Of a DNA stretch of 64,000 nucleotides, positions 26,834 through 42,020 are shown in pieces. Source of the stretch: Eledone cirrhosa (Eukaryota); assembly GCA_964016885.1 (NCBI GenBank), contig OZ024743.1:60512001-60576000 (forward strand), written 5' to 3'. The position numbers and the translations under genes were made by a program. Under the pieces are notes generated by a model. It was not told the origin of the DNA and did no database searches. It was given only the letters and a program-made list of their open reading frames with translations. Each line of letters opens with the position of its first letter. Within the stretch, counting starts at the first letter, position 1.

Positions 26834-28899
26834 ACTATATATAACTGTTATTATTTCTCCTTAGTTATATAGTTAATCTATCTCCTCTAGATACCGAGCG
26901 ATCATTATATCTATCAGTTCACCTTTCTGCCATTGCAGTCTAGTACCTTATTTTTTCTCATTTGTTTGCGTCTCTTTATGTTTATTTTTTTGACAAATGT
27001 CAATTCAGGCATTTCCTTTCTCTCCCCGTAATGCAGTTAAATGCAGGATCGTGGTAAAAACACATCGAAACACAAACTAAGATTACCTACATTTAGAAAC
27101 ATCGTAGGAGACATCCCCATTAAAAATCACCAGATGGAAGTTGCTTCATGGTCAAGTGGCCAGAAATGTGAATATTACGTTGCTCCAGATGATAGTGAGA
27201 TTGATGAACTGAGAGAGCCATTTCAGCTCGGGGGAATTCGTTCATACAGATGACCATCTCCCTCCCGATCGCAGTATATAATGTGATTTTGGGGGAACAC
27301 TGAATTTCCAATTGAATTGATCTGTTGTTCGACTCTTTCTTATATATATATATTATTGTGCATCCCAGAGCGTTGGCGCAACAGGTCGATACACAATTTT
27401 AAAAAAAATACATGTAAACGAAACTTCAGCGTATATATATATATATATATTTTATTTTTTTTTTTCTTACCGTATTATATTTGTGATTCTACCTAATATT
27501 TCATTACCACGCTGACGCAGACTGCACTGCTTAACACTGGTTTCATATATCTAGCTTTATATTTACTGGGTCTCTCTTCTATTATTTTGTTATATCTTTC
27601 GTTTCCCCAACTTCTTATGTCACATTATTTTATTTTATCTATTATCATTTTACCTTTACTACAGTATCTTTCTCTGTTATCACCACTGCCTGAATTGAAT
27701 TTCACTAAAGAACAAAATAAACAAACTTCACTACATTTATATCACTAAATATTGCCTCCAGTATCTCTCGCTCATCTTCCATTCTTCTATTTAATTTCTT
27801 TTGTATTTCATTTTCCAATTTCCATCTCCAGTGATATAAGAATATTCTACTTAGTGAAACGAAACTAATATTCTATTATTTATGATATCTTTACTCTTCT
27901 CTATTTTTTTGTTTCCTTCTATATTAAGTTTGAATAAATATTCATATATTTTATTTGCATTTTTCCCTAATGTATTTAACGCATTCTGATTTAGTGAATA
28001 TATGTATCTATATTGTTGATCCTTACTTTGTTCAGTAGCTGACTGGTAATACACACTCATTCTCAAAAAATCTGTTCGAGGTTAACACAATCGAGTCAGT
28101 AGGAATGTTGATCCTTGTTTTATTAAGTAGATGACTGGGAATAACACATACATGTAACATTTTGATTATCTAACAATCTGTTTGAGGAGAACACAATAGA
28201 GATATTTGGAATGTTTATACCTGTTGTGCTCAGAAGCTGACTGGTAATACACCAATGCATAGATCCAATTGATCCTCTATAACCTATTGTTAAATAGCTG
28301 ATTGGTCTTGTAAAAATCTGTTCTCGGGGAACGCAAGAGAGACAATTAGAATATTGATCGCTGTATTGGTATCAAGTATTCGAGGCGAAGACAATAGAAG
28401 CAGTGTGCCACGTAAGAGAATTGCCACAACCCCAGCTTTCATTACTCGTCCATGTCTGCTTTGATCCAAATACAAGGTTTAACCTACCTACCTACCGATG
28501 CGGTTTGCTAAGAAAAATGTGACTAGGTGAAAGCTAGCTGTAAGCTGGAGAACAAAAGTGGAAGACCTTGTCCTGACCAAACAAGAAAACTGCTTTCATT
28601 GGAAGTGCTAAACTTACTTAAACACCCCCAACTAAAATAAAACGCCACAGAATATTTAGTTGCATGACAAAACAAAAGAATAAAACAACAGAAATAATTA
28701 TACAAATGGTAGGGAGTGTAGAAAAGTGGCTTTTGAATAACCCATATTTTCGCTGTAGTTTCTTTCATAAACAGCGTCATAACTATGACTGCATGCTCTG
28801 AAATATGTTTACACATAAACAGACTTTCATACACCCAGAGGCTCATACAAAAAGACATACATAGTCAATCACAAATACAGATGCGATGGATCTCCATCA

Positions 28900-29135
28900 G
28901 TTACGACGGGGAGTGTTCCATTTCATCCAATAACGCACCAGCCTGCTCGTGAAACTAACATGCAAGTGGCTAAGTATTCCACAGACACGCGCACCATAAA
29001 CGTAGTGATTCAGCATTACGTATTGCTTGTGACAAGGCTGGCCCTTTGAATTACATGTACAACATTTTGCCGAGATTCGAACTTGCAACCTTTTGATCCC
29101 GAGCTGAAAACTTTAACCACTCAGTCATGCGCTTT
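28900..29135 (-). mobile_element. tRNA-derived SINE (family 2)
   Basis: caagtggctaagtattccacagacacg body; reverse head gagattcgaact..ttaaccactcag. Confidence 0.7.
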
Positions 29136-29139
29136 TACA

Positions 29140-29782
29140 CATACACACATTCGCCACCGACACACATATACTCACACAGTAAACATAAGCGTATATACAC
29201 AGACTCATACACAGACATATATATACACACTAATGCACACACATACACATTCAATCATATACACTCACTTACACATAGTCATATACACGTGGACATGCAT
29301 TCACACATGAAATAAGCAACAATTTTTTACTGCACGTATTTATATATATGCTATGGTTCTGTGTATTTGTGTGTGATGTGTGATGTGTGATGTATGAGAG
29401 TTAGCGCCCGTGCATGTCGGTGTTTTTTGCATGTCAGTGAGGGTGAGAGAAAGAGGGAATGAGGGAGAGAGAGGGAGAGAGTAAGAGAGAGACTATGTGT
29501 ATAGCTAAGTAATTTTGTATGCGTGTGTCCATGTGTGAATGAGAGAAAGTGAGTATTTGTGTGTAAGTATTATATAAGTCTGTGAGTGTGTCTGTCTCTG
29601 TGTGTTTTGTGTTTGAATGCGTCTATGTGTGAAAGTGTGTGTTTGTGTTTCTGTCTATTTATTGATACGAATGTCGGTGTGACAAAGAGATAGATATTGA
29701 GGGAGAGAGACCGAGAGAGAGAGAGAGTGAGAGAGAGAGAGAGAGAGAGGGCGAGAGAGAGAGAAATAAAGAGAGAGACCGA

Positions 29783-29814
<32 letters not shown>

Positions 29815-30780
29815 TATAGATAGATAGAGAGAGAGAGAGAGAGAGCGAGCGAGAGAGAGAGAAATAGAGAGAGAGACCGAGAGAGAGAGATATATAGATA
29901 GAGAGAGAGACCGAGAGAGAGAGAGGGAGAGACCGAGAGAGAGAGAGATATAGAAATATAGATAGATTATATAGATAGAGAGAGAGAGAGAGAGAGCACG
30001 TGTGTATACGTGTGTATTTGTGAGTGTGTGAGTATATGCGTGTATTTATGTAGATCTAAGTGAGTGTGGATATGTATGTGTGTCTGCCTGTTTCTTTATG
30101 TATGTGTATAGCTCTGTCGTTGAGTGTATGTCTGTGCATATACGGGTGTATGTATGCGAGCGTATGTGAGTGTATGTGCGCGTATAAGTGAGTGTTTCTA
30201 TGTGAATATGTGTATGCGTGTGTGCGAGTGCCTGCACGTGAGTGTATACCTCTATATGATTCTATGTATATGTGTGTGTCCTCATGTTTATTGCTATGTG
30301 AATGCGAGTGCGTGTGTTGAAGTGTCTCTAGATGAATGTGGGTGTATGTGTGTCTGTGAGTAAATGTGTGTGTGTGTGTTTGTAGTTGTATGTAAATGTA
30401 AGTTTGTGCGTATACATTGTGTGTTTGAATATATGTGAATATGTGTGTGAGTATCTGTGTGTATGTGTGAGTGTGTTGTGTGTGTCTGTGAGTGTTTGTG
30501 TAAGTGAATATGTGTGTATGTATGTGTGTGTGTCTGTGAGTGTGTGTGTGTGAGTATGTGTGAGTGTGTGAGTATGTGTGAGTATGTGGGTATGTCTTTG
30601 TGTGTGTTTATGTCAGTGTTATGTCTTTGTGTGAGTGTGTATATGTGTGTTGTCTGTTTGTGTGTCTGTGTGTGTATGCCAGCGATTGTGTGTGCCCGTG
30701 TGTGTGTGTATGTGCATGTGTGTGTGTGTGTCCGTGTGTGTATGTATGTGTGAGTATGCATGTGTGTGTGTGTATCTGAG
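29140..30780. repeat. Low-complexity (CA)/(GA)/(GT) block
   Basis: Direct reading. Confidence 0.9.
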
Positions 30781-31116
30781 TGTTCTCATGAAGCACTACA
30801 AACTAGTTCTCTTTCAGGACTTGAGCTAGTGTTGTTGTTTCCACTTGAAATATCACCACCGCCATCAATCCACGTTAACATCAGAAGCTGTAAAACACGA
30901 GATTCTTTATTCTCAGTGGTAAACTCCACATTGCATTATTCCTAATACTTTCGATTGTATTCCTTTCCCAAGCCTGTCTTTAAATAGATATTTCCAGGTA
31001 CTTCTCAGCTTTGAGGATTAAAATCGAATTGTGTGCAACGCTTGTGCATTAGCGTAAACCAATTACATTTATATGATGGGAATATGTGAAATATTAGCAA
31101 TGTGTGCGTATATATA

Positions 31117-31181
<65 letters not shown>

Positions 31182-31206
31182 TATATGTATATGTATATAT
31201 ATATAC

Positions 31207-31591
31207 AATGATATTAAATAAATGGAAACTATATTTATAAAACCATATTTATTTTATTATATATATTTCAAGGGTAACAAAGATATCATTGGTACGCTTT
31301 CATGAAATAAAATACAAAGTTTGTTTTATAAATAGAGACATACCCATGAAAATCATACCTTATCGGTTGGAAATTCATTATCCAGTGAATTTCCAACCGA
31401 TAAGGTATGTATCCAAACTTTGTATTTTATCTGATGAAAGCGTACCAATGTTATCTTCGTTACCCTTGAAATATATATAATAAAATAAATATGGTTTTAT
31501 AAATATAGTTTCCATTTATTTAATATCATTGAATATTTACTCCACTAAACTGTTGAGTACTCTAAATCAGTTATAAACATTTATGTTTGTC

Positions 31592-31593
<2 letters not shown>
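31207..31593. mobile_element. Fold-back PLE terminus (family A)
   Basis: Arms ~31206-31376 / 31385-31531 around ttggaaattca ttatccag tgaatttccaa; + arm has an extra tail. Confidence 0.85.
31423..31487 (+). ncRNA. Type I hammerhead ribozyme
   Basis: tattttat-CTGATGA-aagcgtacc..gttaccctt-GAAA-tatata-TA-ataaaata. Confidence 0.82.
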
Positions 31594-31658
<65 letters not shown>

Positions 31659-31711
31659 CATACATGTATATATATATACATACATACACATATATATACA
31701 TTCATACATAC

Positions 31712-31802
<91 letters not shown>

Positions 31803-31805
31803 TAT

Positions 31806-32602
31806 ATGCAGACGTACACTAGTATGTATACATATACATACATGCACACATATATACATGTACGTATGGGTTTACCGAACATTTATTATAATGCTCGGTT
31901 TGTTTGTAAACAAACAGCCCGAATTATTAGCCGTACAGTGTTCGGCAACCATCGTTGCCCTTTTGTCAACACTTACAAAGGAACGATGAAATAGTTTCTA
32001 GCTTATTAGCTGTCATCAGCATCGTATACCTTCCTGTCAGTCGATTGAACGTTTGAAGGTATATACTTTCCTTGTGCATATTAACAGCTGAGCAGCCTAA
32101 TTTGCATATCGAGTGAGTTAGTCGGCCGGGTGTACCGAAAACAATAAATGGAAAAATGAAATTTTAGTTCTCACTCTTAGTACGGCTGATACTTAAATAT
32201 AAGTATGTATACGTACATACATATATGTATACAGACGTACACTAGTATGTATATATATGCATACATGCACACATATATACATGTACGTATGGGTTTACCG
32301 AACATTTATTATAATGCTCGGTTTGTTTGTAAACAAACAGCTCGAATTATTAGCCGTACAGTGTTCGGCAACCATCGTTGCCCTTTTGTGAATAATTCGG
32401 GCTGTTTGTTTACAAACAAACCGAGCATTATCATAAATGTTCGATAAACCCATACGTACATGTATATATGTGTGCATGTATGTATATATATATATACATA
32501 CTAGTGTACGTCTGTATACATATATGTATGTACGTATACATACTTATATTTAAGTATCAGCCGTACTAAGAGTGAGAAATGAAATTTCATTTTTTCCATT
32601 TA
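31806..32602 (-). mobile_element. Non-coding retrozyme-like element (family C): 423-nt unit, partial tandem repeat, inverted arm
   Basis: cagacgtacactag at 31809 and 32232; 32390-32600 is the reverse complement of ~32145-32351. Confidence 0.85.
31983..32025 (-). ncRNA. Minimal type I hammerhead (stem III mutated)
   Basis: acgatg-CTGATGA-cagct aata agcta-GAAA-ctat-TT-catcgt. Confidence 0.72.
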
Positions 32603-32616
32603 CATATATATATGTA

Positions 32617-32652
<36 letters not shown>

Positions 32653-32753
32653 TACATATATGTATATATACATGTATATATGTATATATGTATACATACA
32701 TGTATATATATATATACATGTATGCATTTTTTCCATTTACATATATATATGTA

Positions 32754-32791
<38 letters not shown>

Positions 32792-32833
32792 CATATATGT
32801 ATATATACATGTATACATGTATATATGTATACA

Positions 32834-32915
<82 letters not shown>

Positions 32916-32958
32916 GATATATTAACAAATGGAAACTATATTTATAAAACCATATTTA

Positions 32959-33019
32959 TTTCATTATACATATTTCAAGGATACCAAGTTAAATTATTGT
33001 GTGCTTTCATCAGATAAAA
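32959..33019 (-). ncRNA. Type I hammerhead ribozyme
   Basis: ttttat-CTGATGA-aagcacac..gtatcctt-GAAA-tatgta-TA-atgaaa; the mirror copy near 36575 has a mutated core. Confidence 0.72.
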
Positions 33020-33904
33020 CATAATATAGATAAGTTTTATAAATAAATATTGATATACACTTAAAGAATGCGACCATTTCTGTTGGAAGCTCCCGGAAAG
33101 TGGGGTTATTAAATTTATTTATTCTATTATGCAAATTAGTGTCGGATATGTTTAAATCACAGTAGATTTTAAATAAGCCGTTGGGGTATGGAGAAAGGGA
33201 AAGAAAAGAAAGAGAAAAAAATAGAAAAAAAATAGAAAAAAGAGCAAACTCTAAGAGGAAAATAAGAAAACAAGAAAAAGAGAAAGAGAAAGAGAAGAAA
33301 AAAAGAAAAGAGAAAAGGGAAAGAGAAAGAGAAAGCTCTGAGTGATAGGTTGTTGTATTAGTGTAACTTTTAAGATGAAGTGAAAAAATAAATATTTATT
33401 GGATGAGTAAAGAAGAGTAAATAAGCGTGAATAGAAAATAAATAAATAATAATAACTAGAGAACTTTAACCAGTGTTTAAATATGATTAAATGTATAGTT
33501 TATCAATTAAATTATCAATTAAATTATTGAGATCTATACATTAAAATTGAGATCTATATATTATTAAAAAATCTATATATTATTAAAACTATATATTATT
33601 AAAAAACCTATATATAAAAATATATATATACATATAAATATATATATATATATATATACCTACACATACATACATATACATACAATAAAAGATTTTTTAT
33701 GTTTAAAATATAGGAACTTTTCTAAACTTATAGATTTTTCAGAAAAAACGGAGAAAAAAACGGAGAAAAAACCGGAGAAAATCATGTCTATGTAATAGCA
33801 AAGCAGCGTGAAGGAAATTAAGTTATTTACTTATATTAAATGTTATAAATGTTAAGATAATAATGTAAATGTAAGATTATACAAACGTTATATTATTATT
33901 ACAA

Positions 33905-33997
33905 ACTTTGCCTTTCATCCTTACGGGGTCGATAAAATAAAGTACCAGTAATGTACTGGGTAATTTCTGGCCTTGTGCCAATAGTAGAAACAGTTAT
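33905..33997 (+). mobile_element. Truncated SINE family 1 inside the PLE UTR
   Basis: Core identical to 15017-15090; another partial copy at 59558-59650. Confidence 0.85.
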
Positions 33998-34192
33998 ATT
34001 ATTATACAAACTTTATATCATTCAATAGATTTTATAAATTTTATATCTAATAAATCCACCTGTTATGTAGTTGTGACTGTTATTATATAAGTTTGTTTAA
34101 CATAAACCGTAAGAAATCCCTTATAACCGAGTGCATTCGAATTGTATGCATATATACATATACACAACCCCCCCATACCGGTAGACATGCAT

Positions 34193-34475
<283 letters not shown>

Positions 34476-36763
34476 AAAGTACGTAGTATAATTAAAGTAC
34501 ATAATATATAAAATAAAATAAAAAAAAAATGAATTATTGTTTTAAAAGGGATTACGATTTGGAAATATATTCTTACAATTATAAGCAATATAACTTTAAA
34601 GCAATATAATTTTTAAAATATTAAAAAATATAATTTTAAAATAAGAATATGTCTAAAAAATTTAGTATAAAAATTTAAATTTTTTTTTATATAATATTTA
34701 ACTCTCAGTATGTTTAACTTAATTTTTATAACCATATGGGAAATTTTCAAAGAAAAAGAAAGAGAAACATTCAAAAGAGAAACTTTCAAAGAAAATATGT
34801 TCCCCTTTTAAGAGCCCTCAATATGTTTATCTAGAAACATTTTCTAGGAAATTTTTTTTTTTTATATTTGAGAGTTTTAAGCAGGCAAATGAAGGAATCT
34901 AATGATTTATCGATAGGTTCAATATATTTAATAGAATTAATTATATATTACATTTTAAATTTTAAATTTCTATTTAAACGTTGAATTCAATGTATGTCTG
35001 CAGCAACTGAAAAGATTGCTCCTTATGTTCAGGGAATTTTTGCTTTTTAATATAAAGAATATTTCCTCTATACAAAGATCACAATTTTCTGAAGAGGAGT
35101 TAAAAGGAGTAGCTTTTGAAATAATATTCCAAAGTAATGAATATTTAACGTTCTTTAATTTAAGGTCCCATAATACGCTAGATAGAGAAGTTGAAGATGT
35201 TTTGTTTAAATGCGTAAAAGAGCTTTTATGGTTATTAAAACGAGATTTAAAAATCTGTGGAAGTAGATCCTACATAATTAAATGAATTTAAATTAGGTTT
35301 TACATTACAATTATATACTATATTTTTAGCTAAGCAATTGTTATTTAACGGACAGTTAGATTTATTTCTACAGTTACATTTATCAAATTGGATATTGCTG
35401 GGGTTATTAGTGGTATTTTGGTTAGGTTTTAAATTTCTATTATTAATTCTATTAATATTCTGCGCTAAATTTTTGGTGGATGAATAAGTTAATTTTATAG
35501 TATGTCTATTAAATATTGAGTAAAATCTATGTGTTCTAAGGAAGCATTTGTCAAGAGCTTTAAAGAATAGTTTAGCAATAGGAGTTTTAATATTTAATGA
35601 GAAAGGAGGAGCGAACCATAATATATTCCTAGTTCTATTTCTTATTTTGTTTTCCGAATTATTGTAAGGTTTTCTATTATAGTTGTTAAAATTGTTAAGA
35701 TTATGGTTAGTTGTTATATTATTATTATCAATGTATTTAATTTTATTTTTATATCCAGCCCTACCTAACGCTTCGTTGTAATAATGTGCTTTATCATCCG
35801 TTTTTTTCTCTGTTTTCTCTGAAAAATCTATAAGTTTAGAAAAATTCCTATATCTTAAACATTAAAAGTCCTTTATTGTATGCATGTATATGTATGTATG
35901 TGTAGGTGTATATATATATATATTTATATGTATATATATGAATATATTCTTTTAAGAATTTATAGATTTTTTAATAATATATAGTTTTAATAATATATAA
36001 ATTTTTAGTTAATATATAGATCTCAATTTTAATGTATAGATCTCAATAATTTAATTGATAATTTTAATTTGATAAACTAAACATTTAATCATATTTATAC
36101 ACTGGTTAAAATTCTCTAGTTATTATTATTTATTTATTTTCTATTCACGCTTATTTACTCTTCTTTACTCATCCAATAAATATTTATTTTTTCACTTCAT
36201 CTTAAAAGTTACGCTAATACAACAACCTATCACTCAGAGCTGTCTCTTTCTCTTTTTCTTTCCCTTTTCTCTTTTTTTATTTCTTCTCTTTCTCTTTCAC
36301 TTTTTCTTGTTTTCTTATTTTCCTCTTAGAGTTTGCTCTTTTTTCTCTTTTTTTTTCTCTTTTTTTTCGCTTTTTTTTCTCTTTCTTTTCTTTCCATTTC
36401 TCCATACTCCAACGGCTTATTTAAAATCTACTATGATTTAAACATATCCGACACTAATTTGCATAATAGAATAAATAAATTTAATAACCCCACTATCCGG
36501 GAGCTTCCAACAGAAATGGTCGCATTCTTTAAGGGTATGTCAATATTTATTTATAAAACTGATCTATATTATATTTTATCGAATGAAAGCACACCATAAT
36601 TTAACTTGGTGTCCTTAAAATATGTATAATGAAATAAATATGGTTTTATAAATATAGTTTCCATTTGTTAATATATCGTATTTTTACTCCAATAATTTGT
36701 TGAGTGCTTTATATCAGTTATAAACATATTTGCTTGTTGTATCCCAACAATTTAAATAGAATT

Positions 36764-36817
<54 letters not shown>

Positions 36818-37157
36818 TGCATACATATATATACATGTATACATAATTTCAAACCTTCATATAACATATATACATACATACGTTCATAGATACGTACTTA
36901 GGAACATACATATTTATATATTGATAGATACATACATACATTCATACATATATTTATACATACATAGATAGATATATACATTGAACAGACAGGGATATGA
37001 GAATATTCACATACATACGCATTAACCTCCACCCCTACCCCACCCCACCTAACCCCTTTCGGCTTCCCTCTCTGAATTGAAACAGGATTAATTCGGCAAA
37101 ACTAATAAATGAACGAAAAATATTTATATATATATATATGTGTGTGTGTGTGTGCGT

Positions 37158-37203
<46 letters not shown>

Positions 37204-37949
37204 ACATTTATACGAAATGATACAGGAACGTAATCGAGGAATTAGTAGGTATCTGAATATAAATACGTACATATATATATTCAAACATTCATACACACAC
37301 ACATGCATACATGCATGCATACATAGATAAAAAACATACATACATACATAAAAACATACATACATACATACATAAAAACATACATACATACATATATACA
37401 TACATACATAATATATACATACATGTGTGTGAGAGAAAGAGGGGAAGAGAGAAAGCAAGAGAGAGAAAGAGAGAGAGAAAGCGTGAGTGAGTGAGGGTGA
37501 GAGAACGAGAGAGAGAATGAATGACAGTGAACTATAGGTTATAATCGACCCTAGTACTAGATGCTACTTTATCTACCGAGCACAAAATGATGAAAGGCAA
37601 ATTTGACCACGGCGGGACTTGAACTCAAAGGCATTTTATCGCTTTCCTAGTAGAAGTCTCTATGTCATATAATCTGTGATTGAGATGAATAATCCAGTTT
37701 ACTCTTGCTGGTCACTAGGTTTTATCAATGGATTCTTATATGGTATACCTGTCGTACAAGTCATTATTTCAGTCGAATGCTCGGCAGCCGAAAATATATA
37801 ATTAACTAATTTATATATAGAAACACGGTAAATATGGTAACATTCTAAGTTTTCGACATATTAGGTAGAAATACCATTTATCAGTTTCTGGTTGAACAAC
37901 AGTTGCCTGGAACAGTTTCAGCAGCAGCTGTCTGTATTCCATTCTCTCA

Positions 37950-38030
<81 letters not shown>

Positions 38031-38747
38031 ATATATATATATATGTATATACACACACTCTCTCTCCTCCTTCTTGTCTCCCTCTCTGTCGAGTTTAAAT
38101 TGCCCAAGAGATGCCGTGCGCCAGGACGACGCTATCACGCCTCTGCCAGTATTAAAAGACCCTCCTCACGTCATCTGAGATATGTTGGTAATTTATAGTT
38201 ATAAATAATAGATTGATATGAATATCTGGTTTGAAGGTAGCATGGCAGGTTACCCATTTGTCAAGGCATTTCCATTTTCAGAAGACACAAAAATCCATTT
38301 TGGCAAAACATTCCAGATATGTTGATCCTAAATAGCTGATCTATATGTTTTTTCTATCTGTATTTGTTGACATTGCTACGATAGATGATGTATTTTTCCA
38401 AGGACCCTCTATTCTCAATAGATATAACTTCATATTCCGGCAATTAAACGTATGCTATGTTGGTCTATTATAGTTAAAGATAAGTGCTTATGGGTGTTTA
38501 TGATAGCACAATAGAATACTCATATATGAAGGTATTGCCATTTTCCAAGCACAGACCTTTATATACTGGCAATTTTATGTTATATACATTACTCAATGAT
38601 AGTCATAAATATCTGATGGATATCTTTATTTCTATGTTGAATTCAGTACGACTGTTAATGTGGAAAAGACAGGGTTCCATATACCGGCAATTCCATACCA
38701 GGTTCTTTTGACGTTTATATAACTGATCAATGTTTTTTTTTTATTTT

Positions 38748-38873
<126 letters not shown>

Positions 38874-39130
38874 GGCGTGTTGAAATTAGCACAAAAGATA
38901 CCTCCATTTTCAAGATAGAGCTTGATGTTCCGGTAATTTCCTGTCAGATACATTGGTCCTGACATGTTTATCATAAATAACTGATAAACATGTTTCTTTC
39001 TGTGTTGACAACAGCACATCTGTTAAGGTATGCCATTATCATATAACATATAACGCCATATGCACGAACATTGCATGTCAAATATTTTTTGTATTTCATC
39101 CGATTGCAATACTTTCGGATTGTAACCTAC

Positions 39131-39237
39131 CATAAAAATGCACACAATTGGGAAATGCATATCAAAATTAAGGGAGTGTTGCGGTTTCTTTGAATCAGGG
39201 GGAAATATGATAAAGGGTTGGTTATGAGATATAGAGG
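39131..39237 (-). CDS. Candidate host exon
   Basis: Acceptor ctccttttctttgtccag, donor ATG|gtaggt; open frame SISHNQPFIIFPPDSKKPQHSLNFDMHFPIVCIFM; no recognised homology. Confidence 0.3.
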
Positions 39238-39611
39238 CTGGACAAAGAAAAAGGAGGAAAATAAAAATCAATTGGAGAAGGGAAAAATAAAAGGAAATAA
39301 CATGGATGTTAACTTGCTAATATCTATTACTCCCGAGATATTTCGGATAAATATTTATTTTCAATGGAGGTACTAATAACTTTGGAGAGTAACGGTGCGT
39401 ATTGTTAGACCACCCCATCATTTATTTTCGGTTTGAAACTGATAAACGCGGGTGCATATCTTAACATTGTTTTCGTTGTTTAGATTGTGTAATTTTTCGC
39501 TGTTCTTTGCCTTAATTACTCTCTTAAGGGTAATTTTATCTAAAAGAAAATATGCATATTTTTATTATAAATATTTCCCTCCTTATACAAAATTATCCTT
39601 AAAAGAAGCTT

Positions 39612-39901
39612 TATGTGGTTAGAATGTCTCAGGAAAGAATCCCTGGGAAGATTTTACAGGCAAAACAAACCGGCAGGAGAACCAGAGGTAGACAGAGAAA
39701 GATGGTTGGATAACATCCATAAGCTTGGCTGGTCTCACTTGGGGAGATCCAGTCGGGTCAGTTGGAGATGGTTGCTTCTGACAGGACCCGTTGGAAGAAG
39801 AAGAAGAAGAAGAAGAAGAAGAAGAAGAAGAAGAAGAAGAAGAAGAAGAAGAAGAAGAAGAAGAAGAAGAAGAAGAAGAAGAAGAAGAAGAAGAAGAAGA
39901 A
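39612..39901 (+). mobile_element. RTE-type LINE 3' end with (GAA)n tail
   Basis: RMSQERIPGKILQAKQTGRRTRGRQR / RWLDNI, then (GAA)n at 39794-39901. Confidence 0.7.
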
Positions 39902-40297
39902 GCTTTATGCACAGTAACGTTCATTGCCAGACAGCGACTAAAAAAAATGAAGTTTCCTCACTAGTAACAATAAGTATGCTACAATCACAACGAAGAAGAA
40001 TGTAATTTGGGAGAGACCAACATACATCAATGCATGGCCCATCCTAGTACAACGTCAAAAGAATATTCGTTTGCCGATTAATGACAACACATGCACACAC
40101 CATATATACAGACACTCATGTCTCATGTATACATGTGTGTGTGCACATATATACTTATATATATAAACAATTGTTTGTGTGGTATACATGCATGTGTGCA
40201 TACGTTTTTAATCGACAAATGAATGTGCTCTCATCAAATTATACAGATTTATATATTCATATATGTACATGCACACACACACACATATGTATATATA

Positions 40298-40357
<60 letters not shown>

Positions 40358-40360
<3 letters not shown>

Positions 40361-40548
40361 GTAGCACACATGTAGGTTATATCCGTAGTAGAGCACTCAG
40401 TCCATGGGACGAGTTTAGTAGATCTAGTTCCACAATAGATAGTTCACCATTGCTGAGAACAATTAAACCGAGCTGATGATCCGCATAAGGTGAAACAATT
40501 GTTTTCGGTAATGGTGAACTAACTGTTGTGGAACTACTTCTCTCACTA
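40358..40548. mobile_element. Fold-back PLE-type terminus (family F)
   Basis: Minus arm ~40360-40464 mirrors the + tail; homologous to 60451-60590. Confidence 0.8.
40467..40509 (+). ncRNA. Minimal type I hammerhead ribozyme
   Basis: accgag-CTGATGA-tccgcataaggt-GAAA-caattg-TT-ttcggt. Confidence 0.8.
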
Positions 40549-40962
40549 TATATATGCATTCGTGAGTGAACAAAATTAATATAATAATACTATTATTAAT
40601 TTTCGATACGTTTCCAAACAAACAGCCTAACGTCATCCTTTTGTTACAGTGATAGCAGAGAGAAAATAATCTACATTTGTTTATCAACAATCTACAATTG
40701 TCTATCAATACTCTGTATTCCTCCCTGTTCTGCTACGCACTGGAACTCTTGAGAATATAAAGAATTCTCTAAATTATACATCGGCTATTTAGACTACCGA
40801 GCGATTTTATGGCTGGCTTTACCGAAAATTCAAAATAAAATTTGTTTTCGCTCTAACATAGCGGATTTGTAAATGCATTCGTGAGTGAATAATAATGGTG
40901 TCATGGGGCTGTTGGCTTGCAAACGAATCAACTATTAAGAATATTATTATTATATTATCATT

Positions 40963-41160
40963 CGGAGGGTGGATTGGTAGTATCGGTAGAGAGTCGGACG
41001 CCATGATTTGCAGCGAAGAGTTACGGCCCTTTATCGTCTGAATTCAAATCCCGCCGAGGTTAACTTTGCCTTTCATCCTTACGGGGGTCGATGAAATAAA
41101 GTACCAGTAATGCACTGTGTAATTGCTGGCCTTGTGCCAAAAGTAGAAATAATTATTATA
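40963..41160 (+). mobile_element. tRNA-derived SINE (family 1)
   Basis: Matches 14918-15098. Confidence 0.88.
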
Positions 41161-41416
41161 TTATCACTCACTCACAAATGCATTTACGTATCCGCTGTTA
41201 GAGCGAAAACAAATGTTGATGATATATAAATAGATATGACACATTGCAAACATACACTTGGTAAGCATTTTATAACAGGTGTTGTTCCTTAAAGGTTTAT
41301 TCCATAATTCATTGTGTAGGTAAGATTATAGTCGTTACTATAACTTCGTCAACACATATATATACAAATATGTATGTGTATGTATATATATATACATATA
41401 TACATATATATATATA

Positions 41417-41835
41417 CTAGCAGAGGTACCCGGCGTTGCTCGGGTATTAAATAGCAGTTGTGTATACCATTTATGTCAATACTTCAGTGCTACTTCGAAA
41501 ACTATACTTTTACAAAATCATCGGCTTTTTCTAAAAGGGGGTCCCCTGCTCAATATGTGCCAATTCTGAGAGTTCACATTCATATGTAGGACAAACGTAG
41601 CCCATGTGTCAAGTTTTGTGAAAATCGGTTGCGAACTCCAGAAGATATGACGTTCTGTTGCATTGCACTGCAGAGCTTCTGTCGACTCCAAGGAAGAGGT
41701 TAAAGGGGGTTACCTGCCGGGAGGCCCTCCAATCAATATCTGGAAAAATGAAAATACCCATGACCATCCTGAGTACATAAGTAACCTATGTCTTAAGTTT
41801 GGTGAAAATACTGTAGAAATGCATGAAATTTATAT
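41417..41835 (-). mobile_element. Non-autonomous Helitron
   Basis: Minus-strand 3' end: hairpin acccgagcaacgccgggt followed by CTAG|t. Confidence 0.7.
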
Positions 41836-42020
41836 ATACGCGCGCGCGCGTGTGCGTGCGTATGTGTGGGTGTGTATGTATTTGTGTGTACGTATGTATG
41901 TACTGGCCTAAATCTTCACTATTTACTTTTACTATTTGAATAACCTCTGTCATTTTCGTTTTCAATTTTATTTACATCATTCTTAAACTCCGGGGCTGGA
42001 AATCATTCTGTTGTTTTAAA

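Noticed and set aside
27041-27253. 70-aa ORF of ordinary composition
   Set aside because: No recognisable homology and no clear splice donor.
35016-35285. 89-aa plus-strand ORF
   Set aside because: Antisense shadow of the PLE GIY-YIG region.
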